64,000 nucleotides of DNA, taken from an uncultured SAR86 cluster bacterium (lineage in GTDB: Bacteria > Pseudomonadota > Gammaproteobacteria > Magnimaribacterales > D2472). Both the position numbers and the translations under genes were made by a program. Below the pieces are notes generated by a model, which was not told the DNA's origin, made no database searches, and saw nothing but the letters and a program-made list of their open reading frames with translations. Below, in pieces: positions 10,738 to 22,396 of the stretch. The stretch is from positions 4,236 to 68,235 of the forward strand of contig CACOLO010000007.1 of NCBI GenBank assembly GCA_902628085.1, given 5' to 3'. How positions within the stretch are numbered: the first letter of the stretch is position 1; every line of letters starts with the position of its first letter.

Positions 10738-10746
10738 TGAAATGAA

Positions 10747-12654
10747 TTATAACTCTTCTGCAGCACCTTTAATTGAAGTTTTTTTCTTAGGCTTACCTTT
10801 TGGCGTATCATCAGACCACCCTTTAGGTTCTCTTGGTGTAGCTCCTGCCATAATATCGTCTATCTGATCTGCATCAATAGTTTCATATTTCAAAAGAGCA
10901 TCTGCCATCACATTTAACTTATCTAGATTCTCTTTCAAAATATTTTCAGCTTTTGCATAACATGTATCGATAATTGATTTAACTTCTCTATCAATAAGCT
11001 TAGCCGTTTCACCACTAATATTCTGAGCAGGCGCTGCTGCAGTTCTTCCTAAGAATGGACTACCTTCATCCTCACCATATTTTAATGGTCCTACCGCTTT
11101 TGAAAGTCCCCATTTGGTGACCATATTTGTAGCAATATTTGTAGCAACTTCAATATCATTTGATGCTCCTGTAGTAATACCTTTATCTCCGTTGATAATA
11201 CTTTCTGCGATTCTTCCCCCAAATAGTGCAGCAATTCTACCTTCGAGATACTCCTTGCTTTGCATGTAAGTGTCTTCCTCAGGTAAAAACATTGTCACGC
11301 CTAAAGCTCTTCCCCTTGGAATAATGGTTACCTTATATACTGGATCATGTTTAGGTGAAAGTCTTCCAACAATAGCATGGCCTGCTTCATGGTATGCAGT
11401 AATTCTCTTTTGTTCTTCACTCAGAATCATAGATTTTCTTTCAGCACCCATCATTATTTTGTCTTTTGCAAGATCTAAATGAGACTGATCAATTTTTTTG
11501 TCAGAATATCTTGCAGCAAACAATGCAGCTTCATTAATTAAGTTAGCTAAATCTGCTCCAGAAAAACCAGGAGTTCCTCTTGCAATAACAAGTGGATCAA
11601 CATCAGCATCTAGGGGAACTTTTCTCATATGCACTTTAAGAATAGCTTCTCTTCCTCTGATATCAGGTAAATCAACAACAACTTGTCTATCAAATCTACC
11701 AGGCCTCAATAATGCAGGATCTAATACATCAGGTCTATTTGTAGCTGCTATAACGATCACGCCGTCATTGCCCTCAAAACCATCCATTTCAACCAAAAGT
11801 TGATTTAAAGTTTGTTCTCTTTCATCATGACCACCGCCAAGACCAGCACCTCTGTGTCTTCCAACAGCATCGATCTCATCTATAAAAACAATACATGGTG
11901 ATTGTTTTTTTGCTTGATCAAACATATCTCTAACTCTCGAAGCACCAACACCAACAAACATTTCTACAAAATCTGAGCCAGAAATTGTAAAAAATGGTAC
12001 TTTTGCCTCTCCAGCAACAGCTCTAGCGATCAAAGTTTTACCTGTTCCCGGTGGACCTACCATTAAAACACCTCTTGGAATTTTTCCACCTAATTTCTGA
12101 AATTTTGTTGGATCTTTGAGAAAATCAACTAACTCTTGAACATCTTGCTTGGCCTCTTCGCACCCTGCAACGTCCTTAAAAGTCGTTTTAACTTTTCCGC
12201 CTTCCATCAACTTTGCTTTACTTCTACCGAATGACATTGGGCCACCCTTACCAGACATGCCTCCTTGCATTTGTCTCATAAAAAAGAAAAATATTGCGAG
12301 CAGTAAGATTATAGGAAAGGCACCAACAAGAAGTTGTGAAAAAATTGATGGTTGCTCAACTTTCTCATAAACAGCAATAACTCCATTTTCTTCGATTGCA
12401 TTATCAACAGCTTCGTCTTTTTTAAAAATTGGATGAGTCGTCTCAAATTTAGTACCATCTAATCTATCTCCAATAATAGTCATCTGATCACCTTTGTAGA
12501 CAACTTTAGCAATTCTGTCTGAGAGTACTTCTTGTTTAAACTGACTATAACTAATCTGTTCTCTTGCAGAAGAATTTTCTATATTGTTAAACACATATAC
12601 CATAAGGGTTCCAAGGACCACCCATACTACTAAATTTCTCATAAAACTATTCAT
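10747..12654 (-). CDS. ftsH: ATP-dependent zinc metalloprotease FtsH
   Basis: Two TMs, GPPGTGKT Walker A, second region of homology, HEAGH. Confidence 0.99.
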   Translation of the reverse strand: MNSFMRNLVVWVVLGTLMVYVFNNIENSSAREQISYSQFKQEVLSDRIAKVVYKGDQMTIIGDRLDGTKFETTHPIFKKDEAVDNAIEENGVIAVYEKVEQPSIFSQLLVGAFPIILLLAIFFFFMRQMQGGMSGKGGPMSFGRSKAKLMEGGKVKTTFKDVAGCEEAKQDVQELVDFLKDPTKFQKLGGKIPRGVLMVGPPGTGKTLIARAVAGEAKVPFFTISGSDFVEMFVGVGASRVRDMFDQAKKQSPCIVFIDEIDAVGRHRGAGLGGGHDEREQTLNQLLVEMDGFEGNDGVIVIAATNRPDVLDPALLRPGRFDRQVVVDLPDIRGREAILKVHMRKVPLDADVDPLVIARGTPGFSGADLANLINEAALFAARYSDKKIDQSHLDLAKDKIMMGAERKSMILSEEQKRITAYHEAGHAIVGRLSPKHDPVYKVTIIPRGRALGVTMFLPEEDTYMQSKEYLEGRIAALFGGRIAESIINGDKGITTGASNDIEVATNIATNMVTKWGLSKAVGPLKYGEDEGSPFLGRTAAAPAQNISGETAKLIDREVKSIIDTCYAKAENILKENLDKLNVMADALLKYETIDADQIDDIMAGATPREPKGWSDDTPKGKPKKKTSIKGAAEEL

Positions 12655-12657
12655 TTA

Positions 12658-13221
12658 TCATCTTGCTCCGTAAAGATAGGTTTCGGCTGATTTATTTTTC
12701 GATGCAGCAGGTTTATAAGTTTGAACTATCTTAAAAAATAATTCCATCTCTTTCTTCAAACTTTTAAAATTATTATTTTGAAAAGTTTTGATTACGACTG
12801 CAGAGTTGGCTTCACTCAAATAAATATTAGCTAAATTAACTGTAATTTTATTTAGCTCGTAAATATTTTCATTATCAACAGCACTAATACCCGTTATGTT
12901 TGGGGCTATATCAGAAATTACAAGGTCAAATTTACCCTTTTGAGAACTTATCAACTTTATAGAATCAATGTCTTTTATGCTTTTTTTTATAAACTGTACA
13001 CCATCGATTGGTTCCATATCTAATATGTCTACTGCAATAATTTTTGAATTAGGGTATTTGTTTATAATGAATTGAGACCATCCACCTGGTGCTGATCCTA
13101 GGTCTAAGACCTTGTTAATTTTATATTTATGAAGTTTTAACAGTAATTCCTCTAGTTTGAATACAGCCCTTGTTCGATAACCCATTTTTTTGGCTTTTAA
13201 CGACCAATTATCTTGATGCAT
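12658..13221 (-). CDS. rlmE: 23S rRNA Um2552 methyltransferase
   Basis: YRTRAVFKL, DLGSAPGGWSQ, SDIAP; upstream of ftsH. Confidence 0.96.
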   Translation of the reverse strand: MHQDNWSLKAKKMGYRTRAVFKLEELLLKLHKYKINKVLDLGSAPGGWSQFIINKYPNSKIIAVDILDMEPIDGVQFIKKSIKDIDSIKLISSQKGKFDLVISDIAPNITGISAVDNENIYELNKITVNLANIYLSEANSAVVIKTFQNNNFKSLKKEMELFFKIVQTYKPAASKNKSAETYLYGAR

Positions 13222-13223
13222 TT

Positions 13224-13700
13224 CTAGATGTGTTTTACTTCCAAGATTTCAAAATTCAGATTACCTGATGGAGTTTGAATATTAATTTCATCGTCAACAA
13301 ATTTACCAACAAGACCTTTTGCAATCGGAGTATCAATTGATATTTGTCCATTATCAGGATCAGATTCTAAATTACCGACAATTTTGTATGTAATTTCTTT
13401 ATCATTTTCTAAATCTATAACAGTAACTGTTGAACCAAAAACAACTCGTCCCGTTTCAGGAATCTCTTTCACATCAATGATTTGGGCATTTGCTAAGGCA
13501 ATTTCCATTTCGTTGATCTTTGCTTCAATAAGTCCCTGTAATTCTTTTGCTGCGTGATATTCGGCGTTTTCTTTTAAATCACCATGAGCTCTTGCTTCTG
13601 CAATAGCTTGAGAGATTTGAGGTCTTTCAACAAATTTTAGATGTGAAAGTTTTTCTTTGATTGAAATCTCACCTTCTTTAGTTAGTGGAACTCTAGACAT
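13224..13700 (-). CDS. greA: transcription elongation factor GreA
   Basis: [17 protein letters not shown]. Confidence 0.98.
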   Translation of the reverse strand: MSRVPLTKEGEISIKEKLSHLKFVERPQISQAIAEARAHGDLKENAEYHAAKELQGLIEAKINEMEIALANAQIIDVKEIPETGRVVFGSTVTVIDLENDKEITYKIVGNLESDPDNGQISIDTPIAKGLVGKFVDDEINIQTPSGNLNFEILEVKHI

Positions 13701-13706
13701 AGTTGA

Positions 13707-13715
13707 ATTATAACA
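13707..13715 (-). promoter_or_regulatory. extended -10 element 6 nt before greA ATG (putative leaderless promoter)
   Basis: TGTTATAAT-TCAACT-ATG, no SD. Confidence 0.6.
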
Positions 13716-13724
13716 ACTCTGAAG

Positions 13725-16700
13725 TTATTTATTTAATTCTTGAAGTGTGGTGTATGTCCAATCATTTTCAGAACCTTGAAGAGCATCAATAATTGCAAAA
13801 GCTCCAAACATTGTTGTTGTACAAAAAATTTTATTTCTTAAGGCGCTTTGTCTTATAGAGGCAGAGTCTCTTATCGATTGCGATCCTTCTGTGGTATTTA
13901 TTATCAGATCAATATTATTGTTTAATATGCTGTCTACAATGTGTGGTCTGCCTTCCATTACTTTGTTAATTTTTTCAACTTTATAGCCTAATTTTTCTAT
14001 ATATTGCGCAGTTCCTGAGGTAGCTACAATTTCAAAACCAGCTTCAATTATTGAAGGAACAAATTCATCTAAATATTTTTTGTCAGATTTCTTCACACTT
14101 ATAAATACAGAACCAGTCCTTCTTAAAATCTTGTTTGCTCCCTTTTGTGCTTTTGCGTAAGCCTCACCAAAATTAGGACCAATACCCATAACCTCACCTG
14201 TAGATTTCATTTCAGGACCTAAAATAGGATCAACATGGGGGAATTTGTCAAAAGGCATGACAGCTTCCTTCACAAAAAATAAATTCTTTGGTAGCTTTGA
14301 TGAAAATTTCTGCTCAACAAGACTCATTCCAATCATTGCTTTTGATGCAACCTTGGCTAAAGAATTTCCAATGGCCTTTGAAATAAATGGAACAGTTCGT
14401 GATGCGCGAGGATTTACTTCAATTATATAAACTTCGTTATCTTTTACAGCAAATTGAATATTCATCAAACCAATAACTTTTAACTCTTTTGCTATATCAA
14501 CAGCCTGATTAGTCATTACTGACTGTATTTCTTTTGATAGGCTATATGGTGGAAGGGAGCATGCGGAATCACCAGAATGAATTCCAGCTTGTTCAATATG
14601 CTGAAGAATGCCTCCAATTTCAATATTTTTTCCATCTGATACAACATCGACATCCACTTCTATAGCATCTGTAAGATAACTATCAAGAAGTATCGGTTTG
14701 CTATTTGAAACTTCAACAGCTTCATTTAAATATTTTTTTAACTCTTTAACATTATTTACAAGCTGCATTGCTCGCCCACCAAGAACATATGACGGTCTCA
14801 CCACAATTGGAAAACCAATATTCTCTGCCTTTTCAAGAGCCTCATCGATATTAATTGCTGTTGCATTTGAGGGTTGTTTTAGATTTAATTTTGTTACTAA
14901 TTCTTGAAATCGCTCTCTATCCTCTGATCTATCAATTGCATCTACATTCGTGCCTAAAATTTTTACACCATTCTCAGATAAGGTATCCGCAAGCTTTAAT
15001 GGAGTTTGGCCGCCAAATTGAATTACAACACCTTCTGGCTTCTCAATATCGATTATGTCTAAGATTTTTTCGGAAGTAATTGGTTCGAAATACAATCTGT
15101 TTGAAACATCATAATCTGTAGAGACAGTTTCAGGATTACAATTAACCATTATAGATTCATAACCTTCTTCCTGCATAGCTAGAGACGCATGGACACAGCA
15201 ATAATCAAACTCAATACCTTGACCAATTCTATTTGGGCCACTTCCTAAAACTAAGATTTTTTTATTTAAAGAAGGATTACTTTCGCATTCATCATCGTAT
15301 GTTGAATACATGTAGCATGTTGAGGTTGCGAATTCTGCTGCGCAAGTATCAACTCTCCTGAAAACCGGTTTTATTTTATTCTTTAGCCTAAATGATCTAA
15401 TCTCATCTTCTGAGTTTCTGAGTAATTTTCCAATTCTTTTGTCCGAAAAACCCTTTTTCTTTAATTCTCTTAAAAAACCTGAATCAATATCACTAAAGTT
15501 TTTAGATAAAAGATCATTTTCAATATTAATAAGTTCACCCAATTGATCCAAAAACCAAAAGTCAATTTTTGTTAGAGAGTAAATTTTCTCTAAACTCCAA
15601 CCCTGTCTTATAGCATCAGCAACATAAAACAATCGTTTAGGTCCAGGAATTGTTAATTCGTTTATGAGAGTCTCGTCAGGGATATTATTATTTTCAATTT
15701 TTAGAGAATTTAGGCCATCCAGTCCTTCTTCCATACTACATAAAGCTTTTTGTAATGATTCCTGAAAATTTGAACCAATTGACATTACTTCACCAACTGA
15801 TTTCATTTGGGTTGTTAATTTTGGACTTGCTTGAGGAAATTTCTCAAATGCAAATTTTGGAATCTTTGTAACTATATAATCAATACTAGGTTCAAATGAA
15901 GCAGGAGTTAGGCCTCCTGTAATATCGTTTTTAAGCTCATCCAGAGTAAAACCGACCGAAAGAAGTGCTGCAACTTTCGCAATTGGGAATCCTGTGGCTT
16001 TTGAAGCAAGTGCTGAGGATCTACTTACTCTTGGATTCATTTCGATGACGACCATCTTGCCATTTTCAGGATTAACAGCAAATTGAACATTGGAACCTCC
16101 TGTATCAACACCGATTTCTCTTAAAATTTTAAAAGAAGCGTCTCTCATTATTTGGAATTCCTTATCCGTAAGAGTTTGTGCTGGTGCAATAGTTATTGAG
16201 TCACCAGTATGAATACCCATTGGATCAAAGTTTTCAATCGAACAAATTATTATGCAGTTATCTTCAGAATCTCTAACAACTTCCATTTCATATTCTTTCC
16301 AGCCAATTAGAGATTCATCTATTAATAATTCGTTAGTTGGAGAGAGTTCTAATCCTTTTTCACAAATATCCCTAAATTCAGATATGTTGTAAGCAATCCC
16401 TCCTCCAGTTCCACCCATTGTGAATGATGGTCTAATGATGCATGGGAAACCAATTTCCTTTTGAACTTGCAAAGCATCTTCCATTGAGTGCGCAATACCT
16501 GATGCTGGTGTTTCTAAATCTATTGCTTGCATAGTTTCATCAAATAGCTGTCTATCCTCAGCCTTATCAATTGCTTCTCTATTAGCTCCAATTAAAAAAA
16601 CATTATGTTTTTTAAGAATTCCTTTTTTATCAAGGGTTAATGCTGTATTCAGAGCAGTTTGGCCTCCCATTGTTGGCAAAATTGCGTCAGGTTTCTCTTT

Positions 16701-16937
16701 TTCAATTATTTTCTCGACTGATTCCCAGTGAATTGGTTCAATATATGTAGCGTCTGCAAGTAAAGGGTCCGTCATGATTGTCGCAGGATTAGAGTTAACT
16801 AATATCACCCTAAACCCTTCCTCTTTCAAAGCCTTGCAAGCTTGAGCTCCAGAATAATCAAATTCGCATGCTTGACCAATAATAATAGGACCAGCTCCAA
16901 TAATTAAAATTGAAGAAATATCTTTACGTCTTGGCAT
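13725..16937 (-). CDS. carB: carbamoyl-phosphate synthase large subunit
   Basis: [17 protein letters not shown], duplicated ATP-grasp, MGS domain; start MPRRKD at 16937. Confidence 0.99.
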   Translation of the reverse strand: MPRRKDISSILIIGAGPIIIGQACEFDYSGAQACKALKEEGFRVILVNSNPATIMTDPLLADATYIEPIHWESVEKIIEKEKPDAILPTMGGQTALNTALTLDKKGILKKHNVFLIGANREAIDKAEDRQLFDETMQAIDLETPASGIAHSMEDALQVQKEIGFPCIIRPSFTMGGTGGGIAYNISEFRDICEKGLELSPTNELLIDESLIGWKEYEMEVVRDSEDNCIIICSIENFDPMGIHTGDSITIAPAQTLTDKEFQIMRDASFKILREIGVDTGGSNVQFAVNPENGKMVVIEMNPRVSRSSALASKATGFPIAKVAALLSVGFTLDELKNDITGGLTPASFEPSIDYIVTKIPKFAFEKFPQASPKLTTQMKSVGEVMSIGSNFQESLQKALCSMEEGLDGLNSLKIENNNIPDETLINELTIPGPKRLFYVADAIRQGWSLEKIYSLTKIDFWFLDQLGELINIENDLLSKNFSDIDSGFLRELKKKGFSDKRIGKLLRNSEDEIRSFRLKNKIKPVFRRVDTCAAEFATSTCYMYSTYDDECESNPSLNKKILVLGSGPNRIGQGIEFDYCCVHASLAMQEEGYESIMVNCNPETVSTDYDVSNRLYFEPITSEKILDIIDIEKPEGVVIQFGGQTPLKLADTLSENGVKILGTNVDAIDRSEDRERFQELVTKLNLKQPSNATAINIDEALEKAENIGFPIVVRPSYVLGGRAMQLVNNVKELKKYLNEAVEVSNSKPILLDSYLTDAIEVDVDVVSDGKNIEIGGILQHIEQAGIHSGDSACSLPPYSLSKEIQSVMTNQAVDIAKELKVIGLMNIQFAVKDNEVYIIEVNPRASRTVPFISKAIGNSLAKVASKAMIGMSLVEQKFSSKLPKNLFFVKEAVMPFDKFPHVDPILGPEMKSTGEVMGIGPNFGEAYAKAQKGANKILRRTGSVFISVKKSDKKYLDEFVPSIIEAGFEIVATSGTAQYIEKLGYKVEKINKVMEGRPHIVDSILNNNIDLIINTTEGSQSIRDSASIRQSALRNKIFCTTTMFGAFAIIDALQGSENDWTYTTLQELNK

Positions 16938-18045
16938 ATTCTTCAACCATTTTTTTAAATTTCATAAATAAAATTTGTATCTCATGTGGTCCAGGGCTAG
17001 CCTCAGGGTGGCCCTGAAATGAAAATGCTGGTCTATCAGAGAATTCTATGCCCTGAAGAGATTTATCAAATAAAGATTGATGAGTAACATTTACATTCTT
17101 AGGAAGTGTTTCAATGTCCACTGCGAAACCATGATTTTGACTTGTTATAAAAACTTCATTTGTTTTTGAGTCTTGAACAGGATGATTTGCTCCGTGATGG
17201 CCAAATTTCATCTTAAAAGTCTGTGCACCTGAAGCCAGACCAAGCAGTTGATGTCCAAGACATATTCCAAATATTGGAATCTTGTCATCAAGAAATTTTT
17301 TTATGTTCTCAATAGCGTAATCACAAGGCTCTGGGTCTCCAGGACCATTAGATAAAAATATGCCTTTGGGATTTAATTTTTTTATCACATTATATTCTGT
17401 TTGAGCATTCACAACATGAACTTTTCCAAGAGTTTCAGAAAGTAGATTTAATATGTTTTTTTTAATTCCAAAGTCCATAGCAACTATTGGATAATCTAAA
17501 GTAGATTTTGCGAAGTGTGGCCAAACCCCTGTATCCCATAAATAATTTTCTTTCGTTGAAACAACTTTAGCTAAATCTAAACCTTCTAGTCCAGAAAAGT
17601 TTTTTGCTTTTTGTATTGCATCTTTTTCAGAAATCTTAGAAAGAGCACCAATACAACAATTTTGAGCACCTTTTTCTCTTAAAATTGATGTTATTTGACG
17701 GGTATCTACTCCAGAAATCGCGATAACATCATGTTTGAGTAAAAACTCTTCTAGAGATTCCGATGATCTCCAATTAGAAGGTTTTTCACAAAAATTTTTT
17801 ACTACAATACCAGATGCATGAATCATTTCAGACTCACTATCCTCTTTATTGGTGCCTGTGTTACCAATATGAGGATGTGTAAAAGTTATGATTTGTTTTT
17901 TGTAAGATGGATCTGTAATAATTTCTTGATATCCAGACATTGAAGTATTGAAAACAATTTCTCCGACATCATATTTTTCTTTGCCATAACCAATGCCTTG
18001 AAATACACTACCGTCTTCAAATGCCAATATTGCTGGAAAAGACAC
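16924..18045 (-). CDS. carA: carbamoyl-phosphate synthase small subunit
   Basis: [33 protein letters not shown]; GTG start. Confidence 0.99.
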   Translation of the reverse strand: MSFPAILAFEDGSVFQGIGYGKEKYDVGEIVFNTSMSGYQEIITDPSYKKQIITFTHPHIGNTGTNKEDSESEMIHASGIVVKNFCEKPSNWRSSESLEEFLLKHDVIAISGVDTRQITSILREKGAQNCCIGALSKISEKDAIQKAKNFSGLEGLDLAKVVSTKENYLWDTGVWPHFAKSTLDYPIVAMDFGIKKNILNLLSETLGKVHVVNAQTEYNVIKKLNPKGIFLSNGPGDPEPCDYAIENIKKFLDDKIPIFGICLGHQLLGLASGAQTFKMKFGHHGANHPVQDSKTNEVFITSQNHGFAVDIETLPKNVNVTHQSLFDKSLQGIEFSDRPAFSFQGHPEASPGPHEIQILFMKFKKMVEEYAKT

Positions 18046-18198
18046 TAGAAAATCTCCTTTGAGGAAATAATTCTAAAGAAAATTTTGGGTGAACTATTTA
18101 AAGAACTTTTGGCATTTAATGAGCTAAAATAACACGCTGACATTAAAATTGTACTTTATAGATTAAGTCATGTTATGTCTAGTTATAATTACAAAAAA

Positions 18199-18969
18199 AT
18201 GAAAATTTCTATCAAAAATAGTTCTGAGATTGAAAAAATGAGAGTTGCGGGGAAACTTGCTGCTGAAGTGCTTGAAATGATAACGCCCTATGTAATTCCT
18301 GGTGTATCAACTGGAGAGTTAGACAAAATATGTTTTGATCACATTGTTAACAATCAGAATGCTATCCCTGCAAATGTTGGATATAAAGGATATGAAAAAA
18401 CAATATGTGCCAGCGTTAATCAAGTTATATGTCATGGAATACCAAATAATAAAAAAATTTTAAAAGATGGTGATATTTTAAATATTGACGTTACTGTCAT
18501 TAAAGATGGTTGGCATGGCGACACATCAAAGATGTTTTTAGTTGGGAAATGTGCTCCTCATAATGAGCGTCTTGTTAGAATCACTCAAGAGTGTCTCTAT
18601 AGAGGTATAGAGGCTGTTAAGCCAGGAGCATATTTGGGTGATATAGGGAATGCTATTCAAAAACATGCTGAAAGTAATTATTACAGTGTTGTTGAGGATT
18701 ACTGCGGTCACGGAATTGGAACAACTTACCACGAAGAACCTCAGGTTCTTCATTATGGAAAATCTGGATCAGGTATTAAGCTTAAAGAAGGTATGTGCTT
18801 CACAATAGAGCCAATGATTAATCAAGGCACAAAATTTAGTAAAATTCTCAGTGATGGTTGGACTGTTGAAACTAGAGATGGAAGAAACTCAGCTCAATGG
18901 GAGCATACAATTGCGGTAACAAAGGATGGCTCAGAAATCTTAACGATGAGAAATGAAGAATTTCAATGA
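18199..18969 (+). CDS. map: methionine aminopeptidase type I
   Basis: ICHGIP, DVTV..GWHGDT, GHGIG..HEEP, EPMIN, QWEHT; start ATG 18199 preferred over 18175. Confidence 0.98.
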   Translation: MKISIKNSSEIEKMRVAGKLAAEVLEMITPYVIPGVSTGELDKICFDHIVNNQNAIPANVGYKGYEKTICASVNQVICHGIPNNKKILKDGDILNIDVTVIKDGWHGDTSKMFLVGKCAPHNERLVRITQECLYRGIEAVKPGAYLGDIGNAIQKHAESNYYSVVEDYCGHGIGTTYHEEPQVLHYGKSGSGIKLKEGMCFTIEPMINQGTKFSKILSDGWTVETRDGRNSAQWEHTIAVTKDGSEILTMRNEEFQ

Positions 18970-21476
18970 TTGACAAGATCTCTAAACTTAATAATGAATT
19001 TTATAAATCCTTTCCTGAGGTCTATCTAAAACCATCAAAAGTCAATAAATTTCTGAGAAAAAACTCAAATGAGGTCGAGAAAAAAATTAAAAAAAGATTT
19101 CTAGATCTTGATCTTGATAAAAATTTTGTAATTTATGCAAATGGAGGTTTTGGTAGAAAAGAAATTTTTCCAATTTCAGACATTGACATATCCATTGTTG
19201 AAAAAAATAAATCAAATAATTTCAAAAATCTTGAAGAGTTTATTTCTTATCTATGGGATCAAGGATATAAAGTTGGTCATTCTGTTCGATCAATTTCGGA
19301 TATTAAAAAAATGTCAAAAAAAGATATAAGAGAGTTCACCTCTTATCTAACAAGACGTCCAATTATTTCGACAAATGAAATGGACAGTAAAATTAACTAT
19401 GCTCTATCAAAACTTTGGTCCAAAAATAATTTCTACAATGCAAAATTTATAGAGCAACAACAACGACACACTAAATTTTTCTCTACAGCTTTTAATTTAG
19501 AGCCAGATTTAAAAGAATCCCCAGGAGGACTCAGAGATTTTCAATCTGCATTATGGATTCTTCAACATTGTTTTGATTTAAGAACTACCAGTGATATATC
19601 TAAATCAAAAATATTCAATAGTGAGCTTAATGATGCGCTTGATGCCTATAACTTCATAAAATCTTTAAGATTTGCAACTAACATACTCACAAATCAAAAC
19701 AGACTAAATTTTGAGGCTCAAGTTGAAATTTCGAAAAAAGCCAGACTAGGTAAAAGATCTGCAAAAAACTCAGTTGAAAAGATGATGAAAAAATTTTATG
19801 AAATGGCGGCAATAATTTCATACTTTAATGAAATTGTTTATGAGAAATATAACGAAAAATATCCTAAAAAAAACTATTTTCGAAAAATTGAAGGTATTCA
19901 CAAATATGCCAGCAAAATTTGAATTGAAAATATTAATCTAAGGGATAATAAAAACCTTATATTTGAAATATTTATTGAAATTGGTAAAAGTAAAACAATA
20001 AATTCAATTGATACAAAAACTAAATCTCTTATTCGAAAAAACATTAATTTAATTGATAAAGAGTTTAGAAAAAATAAAGAGTATGCAAGTCAATTCTTAG
20101 AAATATTAAGATCTAAATATAACCTGTCATCAATATTACGAACAATGAAATCACTTGGCGTTATGCAGGGGTATATTCCAGAATTTAAGGGTGTTGTAGG
20201 ACAAATGCAATTTGATTTATTTCATACTTACACTGTAGATGAACATACATTTAAAGTGGTAAGAAACATGAGACAAATGAAACTAAATAAGCAAACTGGA
20301 TTTGAATTAGAGCATGAGTTAATAAATAAATTACCAAAAATAGAAATTTTATATCTTGCAGGTTTGTTTCACGACCTCGGAAAAGGCAAAGGCGGAGATC
20401 ACTCAGAAATTGGTGCCAAAACAAGTCAAAGATTCGCAAAAAGATTGGGTATGTCTAAAACAGATGCAGATTTAATATCTTGGCTTGTAAAGAAACATCT
20501 TATAATGTCATCTATCTCCCAAAAAAAAGACATTGGTGACCCCAATACAGTTGATGAATTTGCTTCAGAAGTTAAATCAAGTGAAAAATTAGACTATTTA
20601 TATCTTCTCACAATAAATGATATCAGAGCCACAAATCCTGCTCTATGGAATGGCTGGAAACATCTTTTATTGAAAGACCTCTATTTGTTAACTAGATCAA
20701 AGCTTAATAAAGAACCTTTGAAAGCGTCATCTCAGATTTCAATAGAAAGACAAAAAAATGTAATCGATAGTCTTGAAACTAAAGAAGAAAAAGAATTTAT
20801 AACGCATCAATTTAAAAATTTTGAGGACAGTTATTTCAATAAAAATTCGTCGAGTTCTCTTTTATGGCAATCAAAATTAATTTTAAAGAATAAAGATAAT
20901 GAATTTGTTATTGGTTGCAAGCAAAAATTTAACGACCTCATAGAGATATTTGTAAAAGCTGATGATTCTCCAGGCTTATTTTATAAATTAGTTCATGTAT
21001 TTGATCATGCAGGACTTGAAATTATTGACGCAAATATTTTTACATCGAAAGATAATCAATTTGCAGCAAATACATTTATTACAAAGTTTTCTCGGCAAGA
21101 CAGAGTTCTTAATAAATCAGAATTAATTGAATTATCATCTAAAATTGAAAAAAACTTTCAAAAAGTTGATCAAATTAATGAAAAAAGAAAAGTTAAGAAA
21201 AAAAATGCTAAGTTTGAAAAAATTGTAAAAATAGATGAGTCTGTAGATATAAATAAAAATAGGAACCTTATAACAGTTGAAACGGTTGACAGCTCAGGTT
21301 TACTAGCTAATATTTCAAAAGTATTTTTTAAAAATGATGTCTCAATTTACTCTGCAAGAATCAATACATTGGGTGAAAGAGTTGAAGACACTTTTGAAAT
21401 TGAAAATTTCAATAAAAAGTTAGTTCCAAATTACAAAATTAAAAAAATTATTTCAGAATTAAAAAAAGTGGTCTAA
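18966..21476 (+). pseudogene. glnD: [protein-PII] uridylyltransferase/uridylyl-removing enzyme interrupted by one in-frame TGA (19920-19922)
   Basis: NTase motif GGFGR..DIDI, LEPDLKESPGGLRD, HTYTVDEH, FHDLGKG (HD), two ACT domains; ORFs 18966-19922 and 20145-21476 share a frame and the 74 codons between them are open. Confidence 0.9.
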
Positions 21477-21481
21477 AGAAA

Positions 21482-22396
21482 ATGAAAATCCATGGAGAAG
21501 GCATTGTAAATAAGTCTAAATCTGGGCAGATACTTGACGTATATTTTCCAAATATAGAATTTGATAATCAAAAGACAGAATTTAAGACTATTAAAATTAC
21601 TTCTAATGCTCAAGAAATTATCATGCTTGATTGGTCAAAAAATGATTTAGATGAGCCAATTAAGAATGCTGCTGATGCATACTTTAAATTACATTTAATT
21701 TCTAACAGGTTTGTATTGCCGAACACTGTAAATCTAGATAGATTATTTGAATGCTTGCCAAATGTAGTATGGACAAATAAAGGACCTATTTCTATTGATG
21801 AAATAGAATCAAGATTGAAAGAGTCGAAATCTGGAAAGAATGATTTATATATAAGATCTATAGATAAGTTTCCATGTCTAACTGATTATGTGGTCCCAAA
21901 GAAAGTTAGAATTGCTGATGCAAGCAGAGTGAGGCTTGGAGCATATTTGAGTGCAGGAACAACAGTAATGCACGAAGGATTTATTAATTTTAATGCTGGG
22001 ACCTTGGGTAAAGCGATGATTGAGGGAAGAGTTTCAGCTGGAGTAGTAATTGGTAATAACTCTGATTTAGGAGGTGGTGCTAGCACCATGGGTACTCTTT
22101 CAGGAGGCAATGATACAAAAATATCTATTGGAGAAAATTGCCTTATTGGTGCAAATGCAGGAGTAGGAATTTCATTAGGTGATAATTGTATTGTTGAAGC
22201 AGGTTTATACATTACTGCAGGAACTAAAATCAATGTTACTAAAGATAAAAATGAATCGCCACAGATTGTCAAAGCGCGAGATTTATCTGGTAAGTCAAAC
22301 ATGCTTTTCATTAGGGATTCTTTGACTGGAATGGTAATGGCTAAACCAAATCAAAAAAAATCTAACTTAAATAAAGAACTGCACTCAAATGATTGA
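21482..22396 (+). CDS. dapD: tetrahydrodipicolinate N-succinyltransferase (Pseudomonas-type)
   Basis: RIADASRVRLGA, VMHEGFINFNAGT, hexapeptide repeats. Confidence 0.96.
   Translation: MKIHGEGIVNKSKSGQILDVYFPNIEFDNQKTEFKTIKITSNAQEIIMLDWSKNDLDEPIKNAADAYFKLHLISNRFVLPNTVNLDRLFECLPNVVWTNKGPISIDEIESRLKESKSGKNDLYIRSIDKFPCLTDYVVPKKVRIADASRVRLGAYLSAGTTVMHEGFINFNAGTLGKAMIEGRVSAGVVIGNNSDLGGGASTMGTLSGGNDTKISIGENCLIGANAGVGISLGDNCIVEAGLYITAGTKINVTKDKNESPQIVKARDLSGKSNMLFIRDSLTGMVMAKPNQKKSNLNKELHSND

Noticed and set aside
19923-19970. Possible SECIS hairpin after the glnD TGA (TAAGG...CCTTA)
   Set aside because: Only a 5-bp weak stem with a long A-rich loop, and the position is not a catalytic Cys site.
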